Of a stretch of DNA of 64,000 nucleotides, positions 30,995 through 42,206 are shown piece after piece; within the stretch, counting starts at the first letter, position 1, and the number at the start of each line of letters is the position of its first letter. Source of the DNA: Gammaproteobacteria bacterium (GTDB lineage: Bacteria > Pseudomonadota > Gammaproteobacteria > Pseudomonadales > Pseudohongiellaceae); contig JAUSMU010000056.1 in assembly GCA_030645995.1 (NCBI GenBank), positions 21,561-85,560 of the forward strand, written 5' to 3'. Both the position numbers and the translations under genes were made by a program. The notes beneath the pieces are model-generated. The model had not been told where the DNA came from and did not search any database. It was given only the letters and a program-made list of their open reading frames with translations.

Positions 30995-31783
30995 ATGCAT
31001 AAAGAAAATTCGACGCAACCTGCGACAGGCCAGTTGCCCCGACATGTTGCAGTGATCATGGATGGGAACAATCGCTGGGCCAGAGTCAATGGTCTGTCAG
31101 GTTCGGCGGGCCACAAGGCGGGCGCGGCGGCCGCGCGGCAGGTAGTCTACTCTTGCGTGAAGCGCCAGATTCCTTATTTGACACTTTTTGCTTTCAGCAG
31201 TGAAAACTGGCTGCGTCCCAACAAGGAAGTGAAGGGGCTCATGGCGCTGTTTCTCGCTGTTCTCAAACGTCAGGAAATCAAGCAGATGCACAATAACAAT
31301 GTGCGTCTGCAATTCATCGGCAATCGTGAGAGCTTCTCGTCCAAACTTCAGGACCATATGCGGGATGTAGAGGAGTTGACGGCAGCCAACACCGGCACAG
31401 TAGTGACCGTAGCAGCAGACTACGGCGGGCAGTGGGATATTGCCAATGCGGCTCGGCAGATAGCTGAGCAGGTAGAGCAGGGCGAGTTGCGCGCCAGCGA
31501 TGTTGATGTCAGCACCATGCAGAAATACATTTGCCTCGGTCAGTACCCAATGCCCGATCTGTGCATCCGCACCGGTGGTGAGAGCAGAATAAGCAATTTC
31601 CTGCTATGGCAGTTTGCCTATACCGAACTTTATTTCACCGACTGTTACTGGCCGGATTTTGACGACAGCCATTTTGAGGTGGCGATGCTAGATTACTGCA
31701 AACGTCAGCGTCGCTATGGTCAGACAGATTCTCCTTCCCACAGCGACGAACTTCCCGTTCTCGGGAGTGAGCGCAGTGCTTAA
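30995..31783 (+). CDS. uppS: ditrans,polycis-undecaprenyl-diphosphate synthase
   Basis: It contains HVAVIMDGNNRWA, FAFSSENW and RTGGESRISNFLLWQ. Confidence 0.96.
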   Translation: MHKENSTQPATGQLPRHVAVIMDGNNRWARVNGLSGSAGHKAGAAAARQVVYSCVKRQIPYLTLFAFSSENWLRPNKEVKGLMALFLAVLKRQEIKQMHNNNVRLQFIGNRESFSSKLQDHMRDVEELTAANTGTVVTVAADYGGQWDIANAARQIAEQVEQGELRASDVDVSTMQKYICLGQYPMPDLCIRTGGESRISNFLLWQFAYTELYFTDCYWPDFDDSHFEVAMLDYCKRQRRYGQTDSPSHSDELPVLGSERSA

Positions 31784-32645
31784 GACCAGGGTGATCACTG
31801 CGCTGGTGATGCTGGCAGTGCTCTACCTGGCGACCGCATGGTTGTCTGCCTTCCACTTTGCGTTGTTCATGAGTCTGGTTTTGATGGTGGGGGTGGGGGA
31901 GTGGACCAGCCTCATGGGGCTCGGCAGCGGGTCAAAACGCTTCCTTTATATCTGCTGCTTTGCTCTCACGCTTGCATTGCTTGGTTGGTTTGTCGGCTTG
32001 CAGCCTGATGCTCGAATCCTGGATCGTGACTCGGTTTTGCTGGTATGCGGTTCAGGCGCCGTTTTTTGGCTCTACGCCATTACTCTGCTCCGAAGATATC
32101 CCGAAAATCACGATCGCTGGGGCAGTCAAACGAAAACCGCCTTGATGGGGTTTATGACGCTGGCTCCCGCGTGGTGTGCCTTGGTACAGCTGAAATATCT
32201 CGACCCCCGTGGGTCGCTCGTGTTTGCTCTGATAGCACTGGTGAGTGTCGTCGATATAGGCGCCTACTTCACGGGCAAGGCCTGGGGGCACAGGAAACTG
32301 GCCCCTGCGCTGAGCCCAGGGAAATCCTGGGAGGGTTTCTGGGGCGGGCTTTGTGCATGCCTGGTACTGACAGCGCTGTTGTTGATTCCCTTGCATCGCT
32401 ATGTCACGCCTCTGTCTTTCCCCATGGTTTTTGCGCTGTTGGCAATCGTTCAAGTGGTGGCGGTTTTCAGCGTTGTGGGTGATCTGTTTGAGAGCATGCT
32501 GAAGCGCAGTCAGGGTCTCAAGGACAGCGGACGCTCTCTACCTGGTCATGGTGGTGTATTGGATCGTATCGACAGCCTTACTTCAGCGGCTCCGGTGTTT
32601 GTGTTTTCACTGATGATTTTGATGAAAGACGTATCATGGCAATAG
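31776..32645 (+). CDS. cdsA: phosphatidate cytidylyltransferase
   Basis: I chose GTG 31776 as the start ([10 protein letters not shown], compare E. coli MLKYRLISAF); the track start is 31716. The CdsA signature [28 protein letters not shown] is present. Confidence 0.9.
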   Translation: MLKTRVITALVMLAVLYLATAWLSAFHFALFMSLVLMVGVGEWTSLMGLGSGSKRFLYICCFALTLALLGWFVGLQPDARILDRDSVLLVCGSGAVFWLYAITLLRRYPENHDRWGSQTKTALMGFMTLAPAWCALVQLKYLDPRGSLVFALIALVSVVDIGAYFTGKAWGHRKLAPALSPGKSWEGFWGGLCACLVLTALLLIPLHRYVTPLSFPMVFALLAIVQVVAVFSVVGDLFESMLKRSQGLKDSGRSLPGHGGVLDRIDSLTSAAPVFVFSLMILMKDVSWQ

Positions 32646-33898
32646 GCCCCACAACTGTATTATCCCGTCCTGCTGGCAGACCGAGCGCCAGTATCACCGT
32701 TCTTGGTTCCACCGGGTCGATTGGCAAGAGCACGCTGGAAGTGATCGCGCTACACGCGGAATATCACGTTTTCGCATTGACGGCCAATAGCAATGTCCCT
32801 GTCATGGTTGAGCAGTGTGTCAGATTTCAGCCACGCTTTGCGGTGATGGTAGACGGTCAGGCTGCCGAGCAACTGGCCGGAGAGCTGCGCAAGGCAGGCA
32901 GCGCTACCAAAGTTCTTAGCGGCGCGCAGGCGCTGGTAGAGGTCGCTACGCATCCAGAGGCGGATACGGTCATGGCTGCTATCGTTGGCAGCGCCGGGTT
33001 GCCGCCTACTCTGGCGGCGGTTGAGCATTCCAAGAAAATGCTGCTTGCCAACAAGGAGGCGCTGGTGATGGCCGGGGAGTTGTTCATGCGCACGCTGGCC
33101 GCGAGCAACGCAGTATTGTTGCCAATTGACAGCGAACACAATGCGGTCTTTCAGTGTCTTCCTCCCGAGTCACGTCTCGCCGGTGGTGACATCCGCAGGC
33201 AGGGCGTGCGCAAGGTAATCTTGACTGCTTCGGGTGGTCCGTTCAGGACGCTGCCTGTCGAACAGTTTGGCGATGTGACGCCCGAGCAGGCATGTCGACA
33301 TCCCAACTGGGAAATGGGCAGAAAGATTTCGGTGGACTCTGCCACCATGATGAACAAGGGGCTCGAGGTTATTGAAGCCTGTTTCCTTTTCGGCGTAGGG
33401 CCGGAGCACGTTGAGGTGCTGATCCATCCGCAGAGCATTGTGCATTCGATGGTCGAATACATGGATGGCTCGGTGATTGCGCACCTGGGCAGTCCGGATA
33501 TGCGGATACCCATTGCCTATAGCCTGGCATGGCCGGAACGCATCAATTCCGGCGCCGCTTTCCTGGACTTGACCCGACAAGCAGATTTACAGTTTTTCGC
33601 GCCTGATCTGGAGCGTTTTCCCTGCCTGCGACTGGGGATGGAGGCGGCCGCCAGGGGCGGCACTGCGCCCACAATTCTCAACGCCGCCAACGAAGTAGCG
33701 GTGGAGTCTTTTTTGAGTGGCAAGATCAGTTTCACGGACATTCCTGCTATCATCGCCGCCGTGCTGGCACAAATGTCTTGTGACCAAGCGGACACTATCG
33801 ATATCATTCGGCAGGCTGATGAGCAGGCAAGGGCAACTGCCCGGCGGATAATCACCGAAACGGAACTGGGTAATGGCTTGTCAGCACCCACAGGTTAG
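32636..33898 (+). CDS. dxr: 1-deoxy-D-xylulose 5-phosphate reductoisomerase
   Basis: It contains the NADPH motif [37 protein letters not shown] and [11 protein letters not shown]. Confidence 0.96.
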   Translation: MAIGPTTVLSRPAGRPSASITVLGSTGSIGKSTLEVIALHAEYHVFALTANSNVPVMVEQCVRFQPRFAVMVDGQAAEQLAGELRKAGSATKVLSGAQALVEVATHPEADTVMAAIVGSAGLPPTLAAVEHSKKMLLANKEALVMAGELFMRTLAASNAVLLPIDSEHNAVFQCLPPESRLAGGDIRRQGVRKVILTASGGPFRTLPVEQFGDVTPEQACRHPNWEMGRKISVDSATMMNKGLEVIEACFLFGVGPEHVEVLIHPQSIVHSMVEYMDGSVIAHLGSPDMRIPIAYSLAWPERINSGAAFLDLTRQADLQFFAPDLERFPCLRLGMEAAARGGTAPTILNAANEVAVESFLSGKISFTDIPAIIAAVLAQMSCDQADTIDIIRQADEQARATARRIITETELGNGLSAPTG

Positions 33899-33912
33899 AA
33901 GCAGTAATCATT

Positions 33913-35304
33913 ATGGCTCAACAACTGGTTATCAATATTCTTGCCCTGATCGTCACCCTTGGCATTCTGGTGACTATTCACGAATTCGGTCATTTCTGGG
34001 TTGCACGCCGTTGCGGCGTTAAAGTGCTGCGTTTTTCCATAGGCTTTGGAAAGGCGGTCAAGACCTGGGTTGGTCGCGACGGTACCGAGTACGTGATCGC
34101 TCCGATTCCGCTGGGTGGCTACGTCAAGATGCTGGGCCAGGAAGATGCCAGCGTAGTCGATGCTGGCAACATTCCAGAAAATCAGCAGCACCTCTCTTTC
34201 TCCTCCAAACCTCTGTGGCAGCGCATGGCAATTGTCGCCGCTGGCCCTATGGCAAATTTTCTGCTCGCGATTATCGTCTTCTGGTTTGTCAATGTGTTCT
34301 ATGGCCTCACAGGCACCGCCCCGGTGCTGGCCAATGTTGTGAATGATTCACCGGCATACCGGGCCGGGCTGCGCGCTGGAGATGAACTGGTCGCAATCGA
34401 TGGTGTGGAGACGACGATCTGGGAGCAGGTCACCATGCAGTTGCTGGCCAGACTTGGTGAGACGGGCGAGCTGAATGTCAGTGCCATTCCTGCGGGCGCC
34501 AGTGCCGCTCGCGAATATGTCATTCCGCTGCTCAGCTGGGAGTCAGATAATGCAGAACCCAATCCATTAGGGTCGCTCGGCTTCGTGCAATATGAAATTC
34601 CGCCAGTCATTGAAGGGGTAGTGCCCGGCGGTGCAGCTGCGGCGGGTGGTCTGCAGGCAGGGGACAGGATTCTGGCGGCCGGGGATGAAGTAATCAACGG
34701 CTGGGTGCAATGGGTGCAATTGGTGCGTGAGAACCCACAGGAGCCTATGCAGGTGCTGGTACGGCGGGGGACTGAAGAAATCACCCTCAGTGTAACGCCC
34801 GCCCTCAGTGCGGCCGAAGATGGCAGCCCGATTGGTCTCATTGGCGCTTATGTTCAGGAATTCGATCTCTATGCCAGTCTGCCCGAGGGCAGTGTGCGTG
34901 AGGTCGATTACAACGTTCTGACTGCCATTGCCCCTGCCATTCAGGAAACCTGGGAAAAATCGGTTTTCGTCCTCGTCTCCATGAAGAAGATGGTCATTGG
35001 GTTGATTTCGGTAAAGAACATCAGTGGTCCCATCACCATCGCCCAGGTGGCGGGCGAGACAGCGTCTTACGGCCTTGAGGTATACCTCGGCTTCCTCGCT
35101 GTGCTCAGTATCAGCCTCGGTGTCTTGAATTTGTTGCCAATCCCGGTGCTGGATGGGGGCCATCTGTTGTATTACGGAATCGAGGCCATAATTCGGCGTC
35201 CAGTGCCGGAGAGGGTGCAGGCGATGGGGTTGCAGCTGGGGCTGCTCCTGATCTCCGGCATCATGGTTCTGGCGATTTATAACGATGTCAGTCGGCTCTT
35301 GTGA
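33913..35304 (+). CDS. rseP: sigma-E regulated site-2 zinc metalloprotease RseP
   Basis: It has HEFGHFWVAR (HExxH), PDZ domains and NLLPIPVLDGGH. Confidence 0.95.
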   Translation: MAQQLVINILALIVTLGILVTIHEFGHFWVARRCGVKVLRFSIGFGKAVKTWVGRDGTEYVIAPIPLGGYVKMLGQEDASVVDAGNIPENQQHLSFSSKPLWQRMAIVAAGPMANFLLAIIVFWFVNVFYGLTGTAPVLANVVNDSPAYRAGLRAGDELVAIDGVETTIWEQVTMQLLARLGETGELNVSAIPAGASAAREYVIPLLSWESDNAEPNPLGSLGFVQYEIPPVIEGVVPGGAAAAGGLQAGDRILAAGDEVINGWVQWVQLVRENPQEPMQVLVRRGTEEITLSVTPALSAAEDGSPIGLIGAYVQEFDLYASLPEGSVREVDYNVLTAIAPAIQETWEKSVFVLVSMKKMVIGLISVKNISGPITIAQVAGETASYGLEVYLGFLAVLSISLGVLNLLPIPVLDGGHLLYYGIEAIIRRPVPERVQAMGLQLGLLLISGIMVLAIYNDVSRLL

Positions 35305-35394
35305 CAGTTTCCTGTGACTCCGGAGTTCCCTCTGTATACCACTCACTTTCCTATCGAAATTATCAGCGATCAGGCTCACGTCTGAAGAAAATTC

Positions 35395-38067
35395 ATGAAT
35401 AGATCTTTATTGACCACCTTGATTCTGTCGAGCCTTGCTTCGACAGCAGCCTACGGGCAGAACTTCGTCATCGAAGACATCCAGATTGATGGACTGCAGC
35501 GCATATCCTCAGGCGTCGTGTTTGGCTTGTTGCCAGTCGGAATCGGTGATGAGGTCAGTGACCAGGTGCCGGCCGATATCATTCGCGCCATTACCGCATC
35601 GGAATACTTCGAGGAAGTCGAAGTGTCCCGCGAGGGCAATGTCCTGTTCATTACCGTGCTGGAGCGCCCCTCAGTCAGTGAGATCAACATCACCGGCAAC
35701 AAGGTGCTGAAGACTGAAGACATTATTGAGAACATGACCAAGGCGGAGATTACCGAAGGCGGTATTTTTACCCGTGCGACCCTTGAAGCGATTCGCCAGG
35801 GCATTCAGGAAGTCTATTCAGGTCGTGGACGTTATGGCACCACTGTCGATATCGAGGTTGAAGAGCAGCCGCGGAATCGTGTGGCCATCAACATGACGGT
35901 CAATGAGGGCAAAGAGAGCCGCATCCAGTACATCAACATCGTTGGCAACAACGCTTTTGAAGACGACGAATTGCTGCGCCTGTTCGAACTTGGCGTCAAG
36001 CCATGGTATCTGCCGCTCAGTGGTCGAAACAAATATTCGAGCGAGCAGCTGGAAGGCGACATTGAGCGCCTTACCTCCCATTACATGGACAATGGTTATG
36101 TCCAATTCAATATTGATTCCACGCCGATCTCGATCACGCCTGACAACGAGCAGATCTATATCACCATCAATGTGACGGAGGGCGAGAAGTACGTCGTCAA
36201 TGAAGTCAACCTGGCGGGTGATCTGGTGAATGCGGAGGCGATCCTGCGCGCTTACACCGTCGTTGCCTCGGGGCAGACTTTTTCGCAGGCACTGGTCACC
36301 GCAACTGAAGAATACATGACTCAGGTGTTGGGTAACTTTGGTTACGCTTTCGCAGAAGTCAACGGAGTGCCCGAGATCAACGAAGAGGACAAGACTGTCG
36401 ATGTGACTTTCTTCGTGGAGCCTGGTAATAGAACCTATGTGAATCGTGTCAATTTTGTCGGCAACTCCGCAACAGCAGACGATGTCTTGCGACGCGAGAT
36501 GCGGCAGCTGGAGAGTGCGCCTGCTTCAAGCCAACTGATCGAATTGTCGAAGGTGCGTCTGGAGCGACTGGGATATTTCTCGACCGTGGAAGTGGAGACG
36601 ATCGAGTTACCTGGCACTGAAGATCAGGTCGACGTGGAGTACACGGTTGAAGAGCAGAATTTCAGCAACATCTCCTTCAGCGTCGGGTCCGGCGGTGGTG
36701 GAGATTTCTTCATCAGTTCATCACTGGAAGCGCAGAACTTTCTCGGTACAGGGCGCACCGTCGGCATAGGCGTCAACAAGAGTACTTTTCAGAAGAGCTT
36801 GAACTTCAACTATCTCGATCCCTATTTCACGGCGGATGGGGTCGCCAGGGGCTTCAACGTCTTCCTGCAGGAACAAGAATCCCCCTACAACATTGCCAGC
36901 TTCTCGACCAAGTCCTACGGCGGTTCATTCAACTTTTCTTACCCTATCAGTGAAATTCAGCAGATAGGATTCAATGTCGGGTACACGCACACTGAACTCA
37001 GTTCGGGTGGTTATTCGGTGCAGGAAATTGAGTCGAGTCCCAAATTCTTCGAGGGGATTGATCGTTATATTCTCAGCGCCCCTAACGCCAACCCGTTTGA
37101 CGGTCCAGTGACCGACGGCGTAACGGGGCTGGTCTCTTCTTTGCCCTTCGAGTATCAGGGAGTGAATCCGGATCCCGGTTTCATAGACCAGCACGGCACC
37201 AGTTTCGACAATGTCACGTTTTCCACCAACTGGCTGCGCAATACATTGAATCGAGGGCAGTTGCCTACGGACGGCACGTTCCAGCAACTGTCGTTTGAAA
37301 TAACCATGCCTGGCAGTGATCTTGAATATTACAAATTCAACTATTCCAGTCAGTTCTACCGGCCTCTGATTGGCGACTTTGTGTTGGCGGGACGCGCCAA
37401 TATTGGCTACGGTGGCGGTTACGGTAATACCAATGGCTTGCCATTCTTCCAGAATTTCTTCGCCGGTGGTCTGTCTGCGAACGGAGTTGTGCGTGGCTTC
37501 GAGGAAAACAGTCTTGGTCCGCGCAGCACCGATCCGCGCCAATTCCTGATTGGTTCCACCAGTCTGCTGCGAGACGAGAACGGTAATATCGTGCGCGACG
37601 AGAGTGGTATGGCCGAGATTGATCCGGATCTTTTTGGATACGAAACGGAGCCGGTACTCGACGCCAATGGCAATCAGATGCTGGATGCCAGTGGCAATCC
37701 ACAGGTAAAAATCGCTGTGGAGAGCATAGCGCTGAATCAGGAATTAGACGCTTTTGGGGGTAATATATTGACCACCGGTAGTGTAGAATTGCTCTTCCCT
37801 CTGCCGTTTGTTACTGACAGGAGCAGGGTGCGTTCGTCGCTTTTCATTGACGCAGGTAATGTTTTCTCGTCGAATTGCACGCAAAGTCGGAGTCTGCTGA
37901 ACAACTGCAGCAACTTTGATATGGGTGAGTTCAGGTATTCAGCGGGTGTCAGTGTGACCTACTTGTCGCCCTTCGGTCCGTTGACGTTTTACCTCGCGAG
38001 GCCATTTACTCGTAATGAAAGGGACAAGGAAAAGAATTTCGATTTTACAATTGGCGCAGGTTTCTAA
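35395..38067 (+). CDS. bamA: outer membrane protein assembly factor BamA
   Basis: 890-aa ORF with a signal peptide, five POTRA repeats and an Omp85 barrel containing VRGFEENSLGPRS. The C-terminal residue is Phe (FTIGAGF). It is longer than the roughly 810-aa E. coli BamA because of an enlarged loop (see findings). Confidence 0.96.
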   Translation: MNRSLLTTLILSSLASTAAYGQNFVIEDIQIDGLQRISSGVVFGLLPVGIGDEVSDQVPADIIRAITASEYFEEVEVSREGNVLFITVLERPSVSEINITGNKVLKTEDIIENMTKAEITEGGIFTRATLEAIRQGIQEVYSGRGRYGTTVDIEVEEQPRNRVAINMTVNEGKESRIQYINIVGNNAFEDDELLRLFELGVKPWYLPLSGRNKYSSEQLEGDIERLTSHYMDNGYVQFNIDSTPISITPDNEQIYITINVTEGEKYVVNEVNLAGDLVNAEAILRAYTVVASGQTFSQALVTATEEYMTQVLGNFGYAFAEVNGVPEINEEDKTVDVTFFVEPGNRTYVNRVNFVGNSATADDVLRREMRQLESAPASSQLIELSKVRLERLGYFSTVEVETIELPGTEDQVDVEYTVEEQNFSNISFSVGSGGGGDFFISSSLEAQNFLGTGRTVGIGVNKSTFQKSLNFNYLDPYFTADGVARGFNVFLQEQESPYNIASFSTKSYGGSFNFSYPISEIQQIGFNVGYTHTELSSGGYSVQEIESSPKFFEGIDRYILSAPNANPFDGPVTDGVTGLVSSLPFEYQGVNPDPGFIDQHGTSFDNVTFSTNWLRNTLNRGQLPTDGTFQQLSFEITMPGSDLEYYKFNYSSQFYRPLIGDFVLAGRANIGYGGGYGNTNGLPFFQNFFAGGLSANGVVRGFEENSLGPRSTDPRQFLIGSTSLLRDENGNIVRDESGMAEIDPDLFGYETEPVLDANGNQMLDASGNPQVKIAVESIALNQELDAFGGNILTTGSVELLFPLPFVTDRSRVRSSLFIDAGNVFSSNCTQSRSLLNNCSNFDMGEFRYSAGVSVTYLSPFGPLTFYLARPFTRNERDKEKNFDFTIGAGF

Positions 38068-38146
38068 AATACAGCAGGCTTCTAAAATACAACAAGAGAA
38101 CAGCGGTGCAACGGCATCGTCTGTCGCGTGATCTGGAGAGTAGATT

Positions 38147-38659
38147 GTGAGAGTAATCAAGAAAATATTGGTATGTGCGACGTTTCTGTTGGCCTCAGGT
38201 GCGGCGATGGCCCAGCAGCCGGTTGTGGGTGTCGTCAATCTGGAGCAGGCCTTGTTCAATTCCACTGCAGCTCAGGAGTTGCAAGCTGTTATTCAGGAAG
38301 AGTTCAAGGACGATCAGACCCGTGCTGAAACGCTGAACACAGAGCTTGCTGCACTGGTGGAAAAGGCCCAGCGCGACGAGTCCATCATGAGCGATGCAGA
38401 GAAACGCAAACTCAGTTCTGATGCGCAAGAGAAGCAGGTACAACTGCAGATGATTTCCGAACGCGTCCAGGCTGCGCTACAGGAACGCAACCAGGCATTC
38501 ATCGACAGCATGCGCGAGAATCTCAGCGCTGCCATTCAATCAGTGGTGGCAGAGGGCAGTTACAATATCGTTCTCAATGCAGACAGCGTGGCGTTCTTCG
38601 ATAACGCCTATGATATTACCGGCAAGGTAACGGCCAAACTGAACGAGCTGAATCAATAA
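38147..38659 (+). CDS. skp: periplasmic chaperone Skp (OmpH)
   Basis: 170-aa ORF with a GTG start and GGAGAG SD. It has a signal peptide ([14 protein letters not shown]) and a coiled-coil-rich body. The bamA-skp-lpxD order is conserved. Confidence 0.87.
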   Translation: MRVIKKILVCATFLLASGAAMAQQPVVGVVNLEQALFNSTAAQELQAVIQEEFKDDQTRAETLNTELAALVEKAQRDESIMSDAEKRKLSSDAQEKQVQLQMISERVQAALQERNQAFIDSMRENLSAAIQSVVAEGSYNIVLNADSVAFFDNAYDITGKVTAKLNELNQ

Positions 38660-38684
38660 TTTCCGGCCGACAGGTTCTCACCAG

Positions 38685-39716
38685 GTGAGCAAAAAAACTG
38701 TCTACACACTTGGTGAACTCGCCGAGCTTCTCGAGGTTGAATTGCGAGGAGATTCGTCGTTGTGCGTGGATGGTTTGGCGACACTGAAAAATGCCGTACC
38801 GGGTAAACTGAGTTTTTTGAGTAATCCTCGCTATGTCAATCAGCTAGCGTCCTGCAAAGCCAGCGCTGTGATCATCGATCCAGAACTGGCTTCGGCGTGT
38901 CAGTCGGCGCAGCTTGTCTCTTCCTCTCCCTACGTCACTTACGCACGCGCATCGCAATTGTTTTTGAAGGATGAATCCGCCGTCTGCGGTATTCATCCTT
39001 CAGCGAATGTGCATCCGAGTGTCGTGCTTGGAAAGAATGTGACTGTCGGCAGTAACGTTGTGGTGGAGGCGAATGCGGAGGTTGGTGAAGGTTCCGTGAT
39101 TGGGGCCGGCTGTTATATTGGAGCCCGCAGCAGAATAGGCAAACACAGTCGACTGTATCCCAATGTCACTGTGTATCACGATGTCAGGATCGGAGACCGC
39201 ACGCTGATTCACTCATCCGTGGTGGTCGGCGCAGATGGATTCGGTTTTGCTTTTGACGGCCGTCAGTCAATCAAGATTGCACAACTGGGTGGCGTGCAGA
39301 TTGGCGATGATGTCGAGATAGGGGCCGGGTCTACTATTGATCGTGGTGCACTCGACGATACTGTCATCGGCAATGGCGTGAAGATTGATAATCAGGTGCA
39401 GATTGCCCACAACTGTGTCATTGGCGAGCACACGATTATCTGCGGCTGCAGTGCGATTGCCGGCAGCACCACCATTGGTCGCTATTGCACGATTGGTGGT
39501 GCCGTCGGCATTATCGGCCATCTGCAGATTGCCGATAAAGTCATGATCAGCGCCATGTCGCTTGTCAGTCAGTCAATCGCCGAATCCGGTATTTATTCTT
39601 CCGGAACAGGCTTGCTGGAATCCAAGGAGTGGAAAAGAAATATTGTGCGTTTTCGGCAGTTGGATGACATGGCGAAACGCTTGCGCGAATTGGAAAAAAT
39701 CACGCTGGGAAAATAG
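38685..39716 (+). CDS. lpxD: UDP-3-O-acylglucosamine N-acyltransferase
   Basis: 343-aa ORF with a GTG start. It has hexapeptide repeats, and blocks such as [35 protein letters not shown] and IGRYC match E. coli LpxD. Confidence 0.95.
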   Translation: MSKKTVYTLGELAELLEVELRGDSSLCVDGLATLKNAVPGKLSFLSNPRYVNQLASCKASAVIIDPELASACQSAQLVSSSPYVTYARASQLFLKDESAVCGIHPSANVHPSVVLGKNVTVGSNVVVEANAEVGEGSVIGAGCYIGARSRIGKHSRLYPNVTVYHDVRIGDRTLIHSSVVVGADGFGFAFDGRQSIKIAQLGGVQIGDDVEIGAGSTIDRGALDDTVIGNGVKIDNQVQIAHNCVIGEHTIICGCSAIAGSTTIGRYCTIGGAVGIIGHLQIADKVMISAMSLVSQSIAESGIYSSGTGLLESKEWKRNIVRFRQLDDMAKRLRELEKITLGK

Positions 39717-39783
39717 TCCTTGCCCGGCGTGAAAGTAGTACCAGGTATGCATAACAGGACACCTGCTTCAGGAAAAAAATATA

Positions 39784-40230
39784 ATGATGAATGTGGAAGA
39801 AATCAAAGAATATCTGCCCCAGCGTTATCCATTTCTGTTCGTGGACAGAGTCGTGGAGCTCGAGCTGGGCAAGCGTATTCTTGCCTACAAGAATGTCACC
39901 GTGAATGAAGAGTTTTTTCAAGGACATTTCCCGGAAAAACCGATCATGCCAGGGGTCCTCATTATCGAAGCGCTTGCGCAGGCAGCCGGTGTCCTTGGAT
40001 TCAAGAGCCAGGAAAAAAAACCGATTGATGGATTTCTGTATTACTTCGTTGGCGCCGATGAAGTGCGCCTGAAGCGTCCGGTAGTGCCTGGCGACCAGTT
40101 GATGCTGGAGGCAACTATTATTGCTGCCAAGCGCGGTTTGTATAAATTCGCCTGTCGTGCCTCGGTTGGCAACGAACTGGTGGGTGAGGCAATCATCATG
40201 TGTGCGGAAAGGAAAAACGAAATTGATTGA
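39784..40230 (+). CDS. fabZ: 3-hydroxyacyl-ACP dehydratase FabZ
   Basis: It contains [13 protein letters not shown] and the hot-dog active-site region [20 protein letters not shown]. Confidence 0.96.
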   Translation: MMNVEEIKEYLPQRYPFLFVDRVVELELGKRILAYKNVTVNEEFFQGHFPEKPIMPGVLIIEALAQAAGVLGFKSQEKKPIDGFLYYFVGADEVRLKRPVVPGDQLMLEATIIAAKRGLYKFACRASVGNELVGEAIIMCAERKNEID

Positions 40231-40993
40231 TTCGCGAGCGATCATAGACTCGAGCGCACGGCTGGCAGAGGGTGTCAGCGTTGGCCCATGGAGCATCATC
40301 GGTCCAGGGGTGGAGATTGGCGAAGGCACGCAGATTGCCTCGCACGTGATCATCAAGTCCAACACTAGAATTGGCAGCAATAACAGAATCTACCAGTTCT
40401 CCTCGGTCGGCGAGGATCCTGCGGACAAAAAGTTTGAGGGCGAAGAGACCTGGCTGGAAATTGGCTCTGACAATATCATTCGCGAAGGTTGCACGCTTCA
40501 TCGAGGCACAGGCTTTGGCGGTGGCTATACACGCATCGGCAACAGTAATCTGTTGATGCCCTACGTGCATGTGGCCCATGACTGCATCGTCGGCAACAAC
40601 ACGATCTTTGCCAATAACGTCGGTATCTCAGGTCACGTGGAAGTAGGTGACTGGGCAATTCTGGGAGGTTATGCCGGAATTAACCAGTTCCTCAAGATTG
40701 GTGCTCATGCCATGATCGGCGGCATGACGCATGTCAGCAACGATGTGCCCGCCTTCATCATCGTCAGTGGTACACCGCCAGAGGCGAGAAGTATCAATGC
40801 CATCGGACTGGAGCGACGCGGTTTCGACAAGGACACCATTCAGTTGATTCGACGCGCCTTCAAGATCCTCTACAAGAAAGGCCTGCTGCTGCAGGAGGCC
40901 ATAGAACAGTTGGAGCCCCTCGCCCGGGAGAATGCCCAGATACAACTGTTTCTGGACTCAATCTTGTCCTCGACCCGGGGAATTCAGCGCTGA
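40223..40993 (+). CDS. lpxA: acyl-ACP--UDP-N-acetylglucosamine O-acyltransferase
   Basis: I set the start at TTG 40223, giving (M)[13 protein letters not shown] (compare E. coli MIDKSAFVHPTAIV); the track start is 40121. Hexapeptide repeats are present. It overlaps the fabZ end by 8 nt. Confidence 0.92.
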   Translation: MIDSRAIIDSSARLAEGVSVGPWSIIGPGVEIGEGTQIASHVIIKSNTRIGSNNRIYQFSSVGEDPADKKFEGEETWLEIGSDNIIREGCTLHRGTGFGGGYTRIGNSNLLMPYVHVAHDCIVGNNTIFANNVGISGHVEVGDWAILGGYAGINQFLKIGAHAMIGGMTHVSNDVPAFIIVSGTPPEARSINAIGLERRGFDKDTIQLIRRAFKILYKKGLLLQEAIEQLEPLARENAQIQLFLDSILSSTRGIQR

Positions 40994-41015
40994 GTCCAGG
41001 ACAAAGGGGCGACAA

Positions 41016-42206
41016 ATGCGTATTGGCATGATTGCAGGCGAGACCTCCGGGGATATCCTCGGCGCTGGTTTGATGCAGGCCATTCTGCGTGTCTGCCCCG
41101 AGGCACGCTTCGAAGGTATTGGCGGGCCACGGATGCTGGCGCTCGGGTTTCACAGCTTCGTGCCCATGGAACGCCTGTCGGTGATGGGCTTCATCGAGCC
41201 GCTGGGTCGTCTTCCCGAATTGCTGCGCATCAAGAAAAACCTCGAAACTCATTTCATTGCGTCACCTCCCGATGTGTTCGTGGGCATCGATTCTCCCGGT
41301 TTCAATCTGCGCATCGAGAAGGTGTTGCACGATAACGGCATCCGCACGGTGCACTATGTCAGCCCCAGTGTCTGGGCCTGGGGGCAAAAGCGCATTTATA
41401 AAATCGCGCAGGCTGTTGATCTGGTTCTGGCCTTGTTCCCTTTTGAGACCGCGATTTACGCTCAACACAACGTGCCCGTGCGCTTCATTGGTCATCCCCT
41501 CGCCGACACTATCGAGATCTGCGATGACGACGAAGCGCGGCAGCGGCAGGTGCGCGCCGATCTGGGAATGTCGGGCACCGGCAACGTGATAGCGCTGATG
41601 CCGGGCAGCCGCCGCGACGAGATCAGGCGCCTGGGAGCAGTCTTCCTGGCGACGGCGCAGCGCTGCCTGGAGCGTGATCCACAGCTGCAGTTCGTCATTC
41701 CCTGCGCGAACGCCGAGCGGCGTGTCCAGGTCGAACAGATGCTCAATGCGGATGGCATTGCGCCGCAGGTTCGACAGTCCTTCATCATTTTGGATGGACG
41801 CTCGCACGACGCCATGCTGGCAGCCGACGTAGTCTTGCTGGCTTCCGGCACCGCCACACTGGAGGCGATGCTGCTCAAACGGCCCATGGTGGTGTGCTAC
41901 AAGCTCGCGCCCCTGACCTATGCCCTGGCATCCAGAATGCTGAAGGTGCCCTATGTGGCGCTGCCCAATCTGCTGGCGGGCGAGCGTCTGGTGCCGGAGT
42001 TTCTTCAGGATCAGGTGACAGTCGAGAACCTGCAGCATGAGCTGTTCGCGCTGCTGGGCGATGCCGAACGGCGCCGGATGCTCGCGCAACGCTTCGGTGC
42101 CATCCATCTGGACATTCGTCGCGACGCCAGCGCCGAGGCCGCCAAGGCCGTGCTGAGCGTCGCCGGTCACGTGACCGACGCTGGGAATCCCTCATCGTGC
42201 AGTTGA
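41016..42206 (+). CDS. lpxB: lipid-A-disaccharide synthase
   Basis: I moved the start to ATG 41016 ([17 protein letters not shown]). It is a GT19-family protein, and the lpxA-lpxB-rnhB order is conserved. Confidence 0.93.
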   Translation: MRIGMIAGETSGDILGAGLMQAILRVCPEARFEGIGGPRMLALGFHSFVPMERLSVMGFIEPLGRLPELLRIKKNLETHFIASPPDVFVGIDSPGFNLRIEKVLHDNGIRTVHYVSPSVWAWGQKRIYKIAQAVDLVLALFPFETAIYAQHNVPVRFIGHPLADTIEICDDDEARQRQVRADLGMSGTGNVIALMPGSRRDEIRRLGAVFLATAQRCLERDPQLQFVIPCANAERRVQVEQMLNADGIAPQVRQSFIILDGRSHDAMLAADVVLLASGTATLEAMLLKRPMVVCYKLAPLTYALASRMLKVPYVALPNLLAGERLVPEFLQDQVTVENLQHELFALLGDAERRRMLAQRFGAIHLDIRRDASAEAAKAVLSVAGHVTDAGNPSSCS

